From Paramoeba atlantica (taxonomy: Eukaryota; Protista; Discosea): a stretch of DNA of 64,000 nt. The notes under the pieces were generated by a model. It had not been told where the DNA came from, searched no databases, and was given only the letters and a program-made list of their open reading frames with translations. The number at the start of each line of letters is the position of its first letter. Positions within the stretch are counted from its first letter, which is position 1. The stretch spans positions 868,001 through 932,000 of the forward strand of contig CDRNVI010000030.1 of NCBI GenBank assembly GCA_977017575.1, read 5' to 3'. This document shows, piece after piece, positions 19,174 to 29,707 of this stretch. A program made the translations under genes and the position numbers.

Positions 19174-21489
19174 TTATGAATCTCTATGACATGCACCGGA
19201 TCGAAGCTTTTCCATAACCGTTTGATATTCCACATGAACCCCATGCTTGTATTTTGAAAATCGTTGTCGCATAAAATCATTCAATGAAAAAGAAAGACCT
19301 ACGCTAAAAGAAGAAGCCGCCCAAAGAAGAGGGGCACCCCTATACAAGCCCCTCCACAAACCATCAATATGATAGTTATAGCGTATTGTATGACGCATGT
19401 CAGATAGTACGTGCGATGACAAGTATGCAGGATAAAAGGATACTTGCTGGCGTCGAGATAGAATATGTATAGGATGTGTGAGAGCTTGTGCAAGAAAAGC
19501 ACTGCACGTTCCCACAAAAAGCCTCAAATTAAAGGTTGGCGTTTCATCCGAGATACCGAATTTTTTTTTTCCCGACCGATAAAGCCAGAAGGTGATCCCC
19601 GAATACGGCGCAATACCTAACAAAGTTGGACGTAGTCCGACGAACAGCGAACGTCCCCCTTCTTCACGCACTGTACGGCGCAGCGCAGACCACAGACTGG
19701 CGTACCGCGGATGATGACCTATGTGAGCCGCTGTACGTGAACGTATCACGTCAATCGGATATGTGATTAGCGTTGCGGTTACTCCAGCAAGTGCCCCAGC
19801 CACCAGCGCCGTCTCAGGGTGGCTCGGGTGGCAAAACATAATGCGAGGAAGTCGCTGAGAGTAAATATCAAAGAACGTGTAAACGAGGGCAGCGTACGGA
19901 ATGACACGCACGAGAGAGGCGGCGGTACCTCTCCAAAGAGCGAGGACTCCATCATTTTGTGTAATGTTACGCGCACTGCTACACAGCTGCGTGGCAGTTG
20001 GCGCATGTTGTGAATGTATCTGGTGTAAAATTTTAAGGCGTTCGAACGGAGAAAGCGCCAGTTTTGCAAAGAATCCGGCAAATGCACCGCACAGCAGCGA
20101 TTCCAGTACGGTGAGACCTACAGACGACCCTTCCTGATAGAGGCTAGAACTAGTTTCCATGTCGTGCACGTGGTAATCTCGAATGCGCCTCCTGGCAAGG
20201 TCATTGACAACGAGCCCCGTGCCAGTAGAGATCGGACCTTTGATCCAATTCATACTCAAACCTTTGAAAAACCCACGAACGCCTTCGCGCCAGTAGATGT
20301 GACGTGCGGCCTGGGCCATCGTCGAGTATTGAGGTTCAAGAGGAGATACCTGTCGGCGTCTACGCAGAACGTCGAGAGGATACGTTACACTTTGCGCCAC
20401 TCCACTGCTAAATCCGCCCAGCAGCAACAGTTGCCACGGAGAAAGTAAGTCTTCACTGGGGTAACTCATCCGTGTCGAGACTTGTTCTTTAAGAGAGCCG
20501 TACAACAGGAAACTCATCCCGGCGTAGGGCACCACGCCTGCCAGGGTCGGTAGCAATCCGCAATATAGACCTTTGATACCATGAGTATGTGCTGTACTCC
20601 TGAAAGCAGTCCAGTACGAATCGTAGCATACTTCAGATGAGTGCGCTCCCTTGCTTAAAAAAGTAACAACCTTCTTTGGAATGGAAAGACGATCAACTGA
20701 ATTAGACGTTGCACCGGTATTCGATAACGTCTGAGAATAAACTGCCATTCTCGCGCGCATCATATCCAGTGGGTAAGCGAGCAACACACAAGAAACGGCT
20801 GCACTCGCTCCAGCAAGAAACCTTGCAAAATTGTCGCCCAAACCGAGAGACTGCGTTCGAAATAGTTGAAAATAGCTATCATACGTCATGTATGTAATGG
20901 CACCTTTCGGGGCTACCAGAGCGAGCGTTGCACAGTTCCCTTTCCATAGGGCGGACCATCCTTCAACCGAAACCACTCGCATTGCGACACGAGCAGCGGC
21001 ACGTAAAGAATATTTTAACTCTGGTTGCACTTGAAACAATATTTTGATACGATCAGCGGGCGCAACAAGTGTTTTTCCTACTACTCCAGCAAGTGCCCCA
21101 CATAAGAGTCCTTCCACTATCGAAAGCTCGAATGGAATCGAGTGCAAGTCGCGCTGGTTACTATACTTCTCAGAAGTGCTTTCTGATACAGATGAAGTAG
21201 GGAATAAGGTTTTATGAGACGCATGTGACTGACCCCAAGGTGACACAATCGTCGATGCCCCTGCGTATCCTGTCATCCAAAACGGAAACAACGAAAAGAG
21301 AAGCGGAAAAGGAAAGAGTTCCCCTCCTCTCAAGATACTCTCACATTGTGTAAGCGTCAAAGCACCATCCTCATCTGTGTCCCACTTTCGTAGTGCATCC
21401 TCTAGAACATTAGTGCTTTGGTGAAGGAATGGCGACAATGTATGAGCGACATGAGAAATTGGTATTGTAACGGGGTCGCTAGAAAGCAT
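19174..21489 (-). CDS. Mitochondrial carrier family protein with two complete carrier units (6 repeats), SLC25A16/42 (CoA carrier)-like, with EF-hand-like N-terminal motif
   Basis: Six Px[DE]xx[KR]-type signatures (PADRIK, PLDMMR, PLDVLR, PFERLK, PIDVIR, degenerate PIHILS); DTDEDGALT EF-like loop. Confidence 0.85.
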   Translation of the reverse strand: MLSSDPVTIPISHVAHTLSPFLHQSTNVLEDALRKWDTDEDGALTLTQCESILRGGELFPFPLLFSLFPFWMTGYAGASTIVSPWGQSHASHKTLFPTSSVSESTSEKYSNQRDLHSIPFELSIVEGLLCGALAGVVGKTLVAPADRIKILFQVQPELKYSLRAAARVAMRVVSVEGWSALWKGNCATLALVAPKGAITYMTYDSYFQLFRTQSLGLGDNFARFLAGASAAVSCVLLAYPLDMMRARMAVYSQTLSNTGATSNSVDRLSIPKKVVTFLSKGAHSSEVCYDSYWTAFRSTAHTHGIKGLYCGLLPTLAGVVPYAGMSFLLYGSLKEQVSTRMSYPSEDLLSPWQLLLLGGFSSGVAQSVTYPLDVLRRRRQVSPLEPQYSTMAQAARHIYWREGVRGFFKGLSMNWIKGPISTGTGLVVNDLARRRIRDYHVHDMETSSSLYQEGSSVGLTVLESLLCGAFAGFFAKLALSPFERLKILHQIHSQHAPTATQLCSSARNITQNDGVLALWRGTAASLVRVIPYAALVYTFFDIYSQRLPRIMFCHPSHPETALVAGALAGVTATLITYPIDVIRSRTAAHIGHHPRYASLWSALRRTVREEGGRSLFVGLRPTLLGIAPYSGITFWLYRSGKKKFGISDETPTFNLRLFVGTCSAFLAQALTHPIHILSRRQQVSFYPAYLSSHVLSDMRHTIRYNYHIDGLWRGLYRGAPLLWAASSFSVGLSFSLNDFMRQRFSKYKHGVHVEYQTVMEKLRSGACHRDS

Positions 21490-21790
21490 TTTCTTTGCAT
21501 GCGAAACGTTCTGCTTTCCAAGCTTCTTGTCAAGTCATATGGAATCGCAATTTTGGATTGCAGTCAAGTGCGCAAGTTAACATCTAAGGAATATAAGAAC
21601 TGGATACATAGAAACAAACGATTGCCTTGATCCACAAAGTACCAGTAAAAGATTGTGTTTAATTAAATCAGAGAACACCATAATAGTGCTTAATATTCAG
21701 AACGTACGTATTGCGCTTCCTTACAATAATATTAAAATCGTTACAAGCGAACCGAACTACTCTAATAAGAACTCTAAAAAATGTTTTGAT

Positions 21791-23107
21791 TCAATCACAA
21801 GCCTTCAATCCATCCACATGATAATCTCCATCGTAATACAGAGGATAATCCGATGATTCCACCTTACCTGATTCGTCATTCATCGTATTACTGTCTGCTG
21901 TATTACCTGTTTGGGATGGAACACCATGAGCAGTAATACTGTAGAGATCCACGAAACAATCAACGTGGCAGACGCCATCCTTTTTCCTCAGATTGGGCTT
22001 TCGAAATAGGTTATGTTTCTTACCCAACGAAATATGAAGCCCGCGTTGTCTTTCAAACGCGTTAGGCTCGGACACAACTTTGTTTCTTCCTAGAAAAGGA
22101 TTAAGACCTACACCAAATTCGCGCACCAAGACTTCTCCCTTCTCCGTGGCGTGTATCATTTCCAGCACCTTCCGCAACTCCTGTGGAAGCCCGCTCTTCT
22201 CCCCGAACAGACTCCCGACATCCGCAACCCTACCCCTCTCGATACGCAACTTAATCGGTTCCTTAAACGTCTGTATCACTTTTTCCACCGTCGGAAAACC
22301 CCAAATCTGTACCTCCCCCGACACCTCCTCCAAGCAAACACTTTCCGAAATCACCTCACCTACAGGAAAAGCACCCCCCATCGGGTTTTCCTTTTTCCCT
22401 TCTCCCCCCTCCCCCTCCCCCTCCCCCCCATACCACCCAATATTCAGCAACGGCCGCTCCATCCTCCCCCGATACCGCAGCACACTCTCCCCGTCCCGCC
22501 CACTCCGCACCGACACCCCCCCGACACACGCCCCCAGCACGCGCTGTAGCCCCAGCGCCTCCGGGCGTGCCCCGCTCGGGGAGAACCCCAGCGCGCGGGC
22601 GTAGCACTCACACTCCTCATTGTTTTTTAGCGAAGACAGGTGGGCGTGCTCGACGACACGTAAGCCGTAGTCGAACAGCGTGAGCCGTAGGCGGTAGGCT
22701 TTGAGGTAATACTGGAAGGCGTGGGACTGGATGAGGACTACGGCGTCGCGGGGCTTGAGAAGGGATCTTAGGGTTTGCTCGAGGAAGGCGTGGAGGGGGG
22801 AGGGGCCCCGGGGAGGGGGCTTGGTGAGCGTCGTTGGGGTCGTCTCAAAGGGGGGGGTGTCGGGGTCGGGGTCGGGGCCGGGGGAGAGGTAGGGGGTGCA
22901 GTCGATGGGGTGGGCGGCACAGGCTGTGGTGTAGGCGTGGGTGAGGGCACGGGACATGGGGGAGAGGGTGTCGTGGAGGAGGAGGAGGGTGGGGGAGGTG
23001 GGGGAGGAAGGGGAGGGGAGGTGGAGGGCTTGGTGGATAACGACCCGGGTGGTGGTGAGGAGGATGGAGGAGAGGGTGGTGGGGGTGGTGGGGGAGGGGG
23101 TGGACAT
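21791..23107 (-). CDS. M29 (AmpS/AmpT, clan MQ)-like metallo-aminopeptidase homologue
   Basis: FPVGEV, VREFGVG, FERQRGLHISLG and HVD motifs supply an E,E,E,H,H,D ligand pattern; Pro/Thr-rich low-complexity N-terminus. Confidence 0.6.
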   Translation of the reverse strand: MSTPSPTTPTTLSSILLTTTRVVIHQALHLPSPSSPTSPTLLLLHDTLSPMSRALTHAYTTACAAHPIDCTPYLSPGPDPDPDTPPFETTPTTLTKPPPRGPSPLHAFLEQTLRSLLKPRDAVVLIQSHAFQYYLKAYRLRLTLFDYGLRVVEHAHLSSLKNNEECECYARALGFSPSGARPEALGLQRVLGACVGGVSVRSGRDGESVLRYRGRMERPLLNIGWYGGEGEGEGGEGKKENPMGGAFPVGEVISESVCLEEVSGEVQIWGFPTVEKVIQTFKEPIKLRIERGRVADVGSLFGEKSGLPQELRKVLEMIHATEKGEVLVREFGVGLNPFLGRNKVVSEPNAFERQRGLHISLGKKHNLFRKPNLRKKDGVCHVDCFVDLYSITAHGVPSQTGNTADSNTMNDESGKVESSDYPLYYDGDYHVDGLKACD

Positions 23108-23260
23108 GGAAGAAGGAGAGGAGGGGGTGAGGGGAGGGAAGGAGGAAAAGTGAGGAAGGAAAGGAAGGGAAAGGAGAAAAGTGGAGGTCGGAGAGGGGAT
23201 AGGGATGGGGAAGATTTTGTAAAGAATAGGGATGGAGAGAAAATTTGGAAGAAAAGAATG
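23108..23260 (-). promoter_or_regulatory. Long polypyrimidine tract upstream of the ATG (candidate trans-splicing signal / 5' UTR)
   Basis: + strand is almost purely A/G over ~150 nt, so C/T on the gene strand. Confidence 0.5.
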
Positions 23261-23534
23261 AATCGCGCAAATAAGGTGGTTCTGCTAAAAATGACGCTAA
23301 AAGATTTAGTTGAGTCAAAAAGGGTGTCATACCTTCTACCGCGATGTAATTTGCAGATCGTTGCTGGTGTTTGGAAAGGTTGCTAGAAAAACGAGAAAGT
23401 GCGAAAACCCAGTGGAATTGTTATGGTACAACCTCCCATTTGACTCAAAAAGCACATAATGTAGAGCAATTCAAGAAACTCATACTATTTTATCGAAGCA
23501 AAGACGTTGCATCGTTTTCGGAAATAAATAATGA

Positions 23535-25973
23535 TCACGTCGCGGCATTAAATCCACCCAACACGTTGTCAAGCAACACACCACCTACCTTTCCGTGACG
23601 GGTTACAGGCGCGAATACAACAGAAATAATGGCCATGAGTTTAATCAAAATATTCAGCGAAGGACCGCTGGTGTCCTTTAGTGGATCCCCCACTGTGTCC
23701 CCTACCACAGCCGCGGCATGAACGGCACTTCCTTTATGTACACCCGGAATCCCACCGGACTCAATATACTTCTTTGCGTTGTCCCAGGCTCCTCCGGTGT
23801 TGCTACTGGAAATGGCAAGCTGCAACCCACAGAGCAACGCCCCGGGGAGTAACCCTGCCAGCGCTTCCTTACCCAACAAAATACCCACCAGGATGGGTGA
23901 AAGAATCACCAAAAGGCCGGGGGCGATCATTTTTTGCAACGCCGCTACAGTGGCAATTTCAACGCACTTGTTGTAGTTCGGCTGCGTGCTGCCTTCCATA
24001 AGTCCCGGAATCTCCAGAAACTGTCGGCGAATTTCCCCCACCATACGCATCGCGGCCCCACCCACACTTTGGATGGTTAGCGCGCTGAACCAGAACGGAA
24101 GCGCGGAGCCCAGCAGTAGCCCACACATTACACGAGGATCAATAATCTGAATCTGCAGCGCGGAGACTCCGCCGTCGGGATTACGAGCGACTTGGGTGAG
24201 ATAGGCACCGTAGAGCGCGAGCGAGACCAGCGCGGCACTGCTGATGGCAAATCCCTTTCCAATCGCCGCGGTGGTATTCCCCGCGGCATCCAATGCATCA
24301 GTCACCTCCCGGATGTCTTTGCCCATTTCTGCCATCTCCGCAATTCCGCCTGCGTTGTCAGAGATCGGGCCATAGGCGTCGATGGTGAGCCCAATCGACA
24401 TGGTGGACAGAATCCCCAACGCGGCGAGAGCGAAACCGTAGAGCAGGCATAAGTTGTAACTGACATACACCGTGATCGCGATACAGACCGTGGGAATCAG
24501 CACGGAGAGGTAACCTAACGCTAGGCCATAGATCACGTTGGTAGCCGCCCCTGTCTTGCATGATTTCGCCACCGCACGTACGGGACCGTGGCTGTGGGAG
24601 GTGTAGTAGTAGGTCGTGTAGCCGATGATGAGCCCGGTCCACAGACCCGTCATAACACAGATGTACGCCTGCCACCACGTACACAGCTTGGGTTCCGCGG
24701 TGAAGACGTGGTGAACATGAAATTCAGCCGGGAGACAAACGTAGGTGAGCGCAAAAATGGCGAACGAATTGAGAATGGTGGGAAGCCCAAGTTGTATCGC
24801 AAGAGCGGGCTCCACGCTCTTTTTACCGCGTACAGTACACCATACTGAGGCCAGGTTAGACGTCAGCATACACACAAGAATCCCAGCAGCTGTAATCACC
24901 AGTGGGTATAACATACTTCCCAGCGACGCCGTGAGCTCGGGACTGGTACTTGCTACCACAAACGCGGCACAACTTGCCTCCCCAAAGGACCCAAACAGAT
25001 CGGAGCCCATCCCGGCAATGTCGCCCACGTTGTCACCGATACAGTCCGCAATCACCCCAGGATTTCGTGGGTCATCTTCTGGAATCCCCGCCTCCACCTT
25101 GCCCACTAAATCCGCACCCACATCCGCGGCCTTGGTGTAGATACCACCGCCGACACGGCCAAAGCAGGCCACGGCGCTGCCCCCGAGTCCAAAGGCTGCG
25201 ACAGCCTCATAGGCATTCACGGGGTCTCGAAAGATTGCACTCCCAATCACAGCATTTAGGAAAAGCATAAACAGTCCCATGGAGGTGAGACAGAAGCCCA
25301 TCGTCAGTCCCCCACGGAATGCAGTCTGGAAGGCGCTGCGGTACTGCCGGTGTGTCTTCCCCTCGGAGACCCCCACGGTGGCTTGTAGTGCGGTCCGGGC
25401 ATTGGTGAAGACTGCAATCCGCATTCCGATCCACCCTGCTAGGATGGAGGTGACACTGCCGAGCAGGAAGGAGAACAGACTAAACGCCGCGACCCCCCAG
25501 TAGTTAGGCCCCGTGACGCCGAGGAGGATGAACAGCAACAAACCGAAGGACCCAATAAAAATCGCCATGTAGCGGTACTCGGCCATAAGGAATGTGTTAG
25601 CACCTTCACTGATGGCGTGAGCAATGAGAATCGTTCGCTCCAACACCTCTCGCGTAACGACATTAACGTCAAATCCGGTTGTGTGTGTCTCTCCGTTCGC
25701 ATCTGGACGATCCCCGAGTTGAACTTTCTTTGAGAGGTACCACCACCAAAATATCCCAAACGCAAACCCAACAAGTGAGGTTAGTACGATAAAGGAACAT
25801 GCACCAGCGGCACCCATGGCACTGTGTGCAATATAACTAGGGTTGCTGGGCAACGTATCCATCTCTACAGGAACGGTTTGATTGGCTTCCTCCGCACAGC
25901 TTACTAGAAAGGATAATTGGTAGAAGCAAGCTATCACAGCGTAGGGCGTGAGAACAAGAGATCTATGTAACAT
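23535..25973 (-). CDS. VP1: Vacuolar/acidocalcisomal H+-translocating pyrophosphatase
   Basis: GGIYTKAADVGADLVGKVE, DNVGDIAGMGSDLF, YGPISDNAGGIAE, GGAWDNAKK, DTVGDPLKDTSGPSLN. Confidence 0.97.
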   Translation of the reverse strand: MLHRSLVLTPYAVIACFYQLSFLVSCAEEANQTVPVEMDTLPSNPSYIAHSAMGAAGACSFIVLTSLVGFAFGIFWWWYLSKKVQLGDRPDANGETHTTGFDVNVVTREVLERTILIAHAISEGANTFLMAEYRYMAIFIGSFGLLLFILLGVTGPNYWGVAAFSLFSFLLGSVTSILAGWIGMRIAVFTNARTALQATVGVSEGKTHRQYRSAFQTAFRGGLTMGFCLTSMGLFMLFLNAVIGSAIFRDPVNAYEAVAAFGLGGSAVACFGRVGGGIYTKAADVGADLVGKVEAGIPEDDPRNPGVIADCIGDNVGDIAGMGSDLFGSFGEASCAAFVVASTSPELTASLGSMLYPLVITAAGILVCMLTSNLASVWCTVRGKKSVEPALAIQLGLPTILNSFAIFALTYVCLPAEFHVHHVFTAEPKLCTWWQAYICVMTGLWTGLIIGYTTYYYTSHSHGPVRAVAKSCKTGAATNVIYGLALGYLSVLIPTVCIAITVYVSYNLCLLYGFALAALGILSTMSIGLTIDAYGPISDNAGGIAEMAEMGKDIREVTDALDAAGNTTAAIGKGFAISSAALVSLALYGAYLTQVARNPDGGVSALQIQIIDPRVMCGLLLGSALPFWFSALTIQSVGGAAMRMVGEIRRQFLEIPGLMEGSTQPNYNKCVEIATVAALQKMIAPGLLVILSPILVGILLGKEALAGLLPGALLCGLQLAISSSNTGGAWDNAKKYIESGGIPGVHKGSAVHAAAVVGDTVGDPLKDTSGPSLNILIKLMAIISVVFAPVTRHGKVGGVLLDNVLGGFNAAT

Positions 25974-26110
25974 GCTAATATTAAAGTTAAAAAAAGTGTT
26001 TAAATTTGCATATGAAAAGGTTGCAATCGTCAGAAAAGCGTTACAATTCCTTATGGTACTTATAAGTTCGAATCATGGTAGAATACACCTGTCGAAAAGA
26101 CAGCAAGATA

Positions 26111-28315
26111 CTAGCGATCAGCATCCTCCCGAACTTCTATGCAGTCAGTACATCGAATGTCAAACTCTCGCATAAGGTCTTCTACTTGCTTGTCCTCTAA
26201 GGTAGTCTTGTTTTCTTTTCTACATGATGTGCCAGCACATTCGTCGGAAGACAATGAAAGATGAGACCTTCCCACTGCCACATGATTCAAACTTTTATGT
26301 GTGCCAATTCTCAAAGATAGCTCAAAATGTAATTTCCGCAGAGAGTCAACAAGCGCACAATTTTCATTTAATAGAAAATATAATTTCTGCACAAGACACT
26401 CTTGCATGAGCTGAGAAAGCGCAGAACTTTTACCAATGGTGCTCAGTTCACCAATCCTATTTTCGAGTTCCTTTCTTTCTTTCTGTTGAAGTAGAAGACT
26501 TTCTTTCATAAATTTATTCTGAGTTTCCAGTTGCCATTCCTGATTACTCGTAGAACACGCAAGTTGAAAGACGTTATTCTCGAATTCGACAAGGGTGCTT
26601 CGGGTAAATTTTTCTAACTCAACATATTCCTCATAGGGAAACTCATACAGTGCTCGGATATAATCTACATCTGTCCCGCATGATATGCTGCACTCATTTT
26701 TTCGGTGGATTGTGATCGGACATGGATATTGGGTGTTTAAAGTGATGTCCAGATTTTTCGAATTCGCGGTGAGAGTTTTGCTCATTACTTTCAAGTCGTG
26801 ATCTCGAGTCATGAGCAGTGCACGCAGATTTTCGCATTCGTTAGGTGATGTGCAGATCTCAACGTCTCTCGTTTCGCGCTCGTAAGGAGGTGTTTGCATG
26901 AGTTCTTGAAACACTCGGCAAAGTGGTTTTATTCGCGGTGTGATGGACGCAATTTCGCTTGGAAAATGTGTTTCTAATTGATGTGTACCAGAATGTTCGT
27001 ATTGAGTCTGAGTAGACCGAGTTTCGTTTTTAGACGGTAGACGATTGCTCTGTACTTCAATTTCTAATTCTGCGCATCGCTTAGTCATACTATTTACCTT
27101 TTGCTCGAGAGAAGTCTTCATATTATTGAATTCATCACGTTCCTCGTCGAAAGTGGCAACTACCTCATAAAAGGCTTCGCGTTCAATTTTTAAGCTCAGA
27201 TGGGAGCGATCACCTTCCGAAATTGCTGTAACTGACAAGTCAGGGGTTAAGGAATTAGTTTTCTCCACCAATGTGTCAGAAATAAGATCACTTCTAGGAG
27301 TTGAAATGGTGGTAATCTTCTCCTTTTCGGAAATATCTAAGTCACATTTTCGTGATCTTTCTAAAGCAAAGCCAATACTCAATTGATGGTGTTCCGTAGA
27401 ATTTTCTTTCTCATTTTTTTGCGTGTTACTGTTTTCAAGAGGCGAATTCTCTGACGTTTCTTGTAGGGCGTCAGTTCTTGTGGATAAAAAATTCTCCGAG
27501 GAACTTAGCTGATCGGCTATGTCAGAAATGGATGTAGACTTGGGAAAATTGATGTCTTCAGTGGATTTTGGTTGCGGTAGTTGCGGAGTCGTCATGCCGC
27601 GTGACATAGTATCGAGCTCGAAAAAAGTGTCAATGGCCATATGGGGTTGAGAACTAGCCAACGGAAGGTCAGAATTAGCCCCCATATCATTTACACCTCT
27701 GCCTACGTGAATCAAAAGGGGAGTATCTGACTCTTCTAGACTTCTTGTAAAAGAACATGAAGCACTCGGTGCATCTTGCCTTCGTGGTGAGGATTCCGAA
27801 CGAGATATAGGCCATCGTTCAGTGCTGTCCTCTACGGATGAATCACTAGATGGGTGTTCATCCCCATGAGTCTTGGGCCCCAAACTCTCGACTTCCCGTG
27901 TTACACCATCACTAAGGTTTATGAAAACAGAAGTTTGCGTTTCATTTCTAATTTCGCCACATGCCGCAGTTGGATGGTAAGATTCTGCAGATGGTAATAA
28001 AGGATTCTTCCTTTCCTTCGCGTTTTCGTATTCAATCTGACGTTTCGTAATCTCGACACGCGCAAAACAGAACTCACATAAAGAGACTGGTGTTGTAATT
28101 ACATGGGGCTGAGGTAAGGTAGTGTTCTGATCGATGCATCCGGTGCAGCATACTCTACCGCAAAGCGGACAGTTAAATCGAGAAGAAAAATATCCAAATT
28201 CAGAGTGACACACACCGCAATCGGTTGCATCCCGCTTGCTTTTCCATTGCTCGGGGGGAAGCAAGGGGAACGCGGAATTGGAAGTGTCAATGCTCAATGT
28301 CGTAGGCGTTTCCAT
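26111..28315 (-). CDS. FYVE-like zinc finger and coiled-coil protein (first ATG at 28315; the track start at 28339 is TTG)
   Basis: W...CGVC...RFNCPLCGRVCCTGC...LCEFC eight-Cys pattern; Ser-rich middle; coiled-coil C-terminus. Confidence 0.75.
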   Translation of the reverse strand: METPTTLSIDTSNSAFPLLPPEQWKSKRDATDCGVCHSEFGYFSSRFNCPLCGRVCCTGCIDQNTTLPQPHVITTPVSLCEFCFARVEITKRQIEYENAKERKNPLLPSAESYHPTAACGEIRNETQTSVFINLSDGVTREVESLGPKTHGDEHPSSDSSVEDSTERWPISRSESSPRRQDAPSASCSFTRSLEESDTPLLIHVGRGVNDMGANSDLPLASSQPHMAIDTFFELDTMSRGMTTPQLPQPKSTEDINFPKSTSISDIADQLSSSENFLSTRTDALQETSENSPLENSNTQKNEKENSTEHHQLSIGFALERSRKCDLDISEKEKITTISTPRSDLISDTLVEKTNSLTPDLSVTAISEGDRSHLSLKIEREAFYEVVATFDEERDEFNNMKTSLEQKVNSMTKRCAELEIEVQSNRLPSKNETRSTQTQYEHSGTHQLETHFPSEIASITPRIKPLCRVFQELMQTPPYERETRDVEICTSPNECENLRALLMTRDHDLKVMSKTLTANSKNLDITLNTQYPCPITIHRKNECSISCGTDVDYIRALYEFPYEEYVELEKFTRSTLVEFENNVFQLACSTSNQEWQLETQNKFMKESLLLQQKERKELENRIGELSTIGKSSALSQLMQECLVQKLYFLLNENCALVDSLRKLHFELSLRIGTHKSLNHVAVGRSHLSLSSDECAGTSCRKENKTTLEDKQVEDLMREFDIRCTDCIEVREDADR

Positions 28316-28648
28316 GGTGCAAAAATATTGTGGCCTCAAATTAGACGAAACAGCATGTAAATCAAAATACGCAATCTTTTTTATTGTGCATCACTTTATT
28401 GTGCATTTTCTTTCCGTGCCAAAGTTTTAAATTTATCTAATTTAGAGTAACGAAGGACGAATGTCTCCCTATATAGTGTTCTGAAAAAAGGATTCTTATT
28501 TCAGAGATCCTATTTTTATTATTTCAGAAATCCTGTTACAGAAATGGGGGTCATGTAGCCCGCTTTTCCTTCGTTGAAAATTCAAGTAAGTTTGCGCTGC
28601 TCATTAGAGCAGTGTATTAAAATATTGGGGCTACGCGTTCGCAAAAAG

Positions 28649-29539
28649 TCAACCTCTGCGGTTGACGTGTCCGTACACCCAGTACGGTATTTTCTGCGAG
28701 AGGTAGTCATAGGTCACCATGTAGATCGCAATATTCGGGCACGCACGTAGCAAATTCAGAGTCCACCCGCGATAGAGCCCATGCACTACGCCCTCCGCTC
28801 GATAAATTTTAACTACGCCATCATAGATCCCGGCATAGGGAGGGACTTTCGCATCAGAGATCTGCACCCTGCGGCGGAGGATATCAGTCGGGTAACATAC
28901 TGTTTGGGCAAGTGCCCCAGCGAACGCTCCCGAGAGGACTCGGGGGAGAAACGAAAGATCCCTCTCGTTCTGCAGACCAAGAAAGTTAACAAACCTTCCT
29001 TTAAGGCTATCATACGTGCCAAACTTTACCCCGTCGTGAACTGCAATGGCTTTTAACGTGATGGGAGCGCCGGCAAACAATGACCGGTAGCCTTTTTCAG
29101 ACACAATATGACGGCACATGTCTCGATAACCGTACGTGGGTGCTCGTGAGACAGCCATGCGACAACGCATCAGGTCCATCGGGTAAGTCAGGGCTGTGGC
29201 AGTGACCCCGGCCAGCGAGCCCGCGAGAAAAGTGTTTGCATTGCGCAGGCTGTCAAAAGACGAAAGTAAAATTTTGTACTGCTCCAAAGCCATGAACTTA
29301 AATCCCATATACGGAGCTATACGAAACAGTGCGACACCGATTCCTTTCCAATAGGCACCCACTCCTTCATTTCTGTATATTGAAACTGTCAGAGAAATAA
29401 TTCCTTGACTAGCGTGCTTCTTCTCCACCTGGTACAAAATCTTGACCCGTTCAATAGGTGCAACCACAAGCCTTGCAGCTACCGCGGCGGTTCCTCCTGA
29501 TACAGCATCGCAAAAGGGATACGCATGAGATGAGGTCAT
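28649..29539 (-). CDS. Mitochondrial carrier, SLC25A16/42-like
   Basis: PIERVK, PMDLMR and PTDILR signatures; 296 aa. Confidence 0.9.
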   Translation of the reverse strand: MTSSHAYPFCDAVSGGTAAVAARLVVAPIERVKILYQVEKKHASQGIISLTVSIYRNEGVGAYWKGIGVALFRIAPYMGFKFMALEQYKILLSSFDSLRNANTFLAGSLAGVTATALTYPMDLMRCRMAVSRAPTYGYRDMCRHIVSEKGYRSLFAGAPITLKAIAVHDGVKFGTYDSLKGRFVNFLGLQNERDLSFLPRVLSGAFAGALAQTVCYPTDILRRRVQISDAKVPPYAGIYDGVVKIYRAEGVVHGLYRGWTLNLLRACPNIAIYMVTYDYLSQKIPYWVYGHVNRRG

Positions 29540-29707
29540 AATAAACGTTTCAGTTCAGAGTAAAATAATTAGTAATAAAATACAATAGTAATTTATACAA
29601 TAACAATTTTATATCAATCCATTCGCGCCTCAAAGCCCCCTGATTAGTAAAGATTTTCAAGAGAGAACCGAACTACAATTTACGTGTATACAATCTATCA
29701 CCATGTA

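Noticed and set aside
22080-23386. + strand ORFs 22080..22604, 22151..22549, 22775..23386 and similar
   Set aside because: Low-complexity shadows produced by the extreme C/G skew; antisense to a motif-bearing gene
28495-28560. MITE relic (TTATTTCAGA(G/A)ATCCT x2, GGGGGTCA)
   Set aside because: Resembles MITE subterminal grammar but has no partner end or TA-flanked TIR
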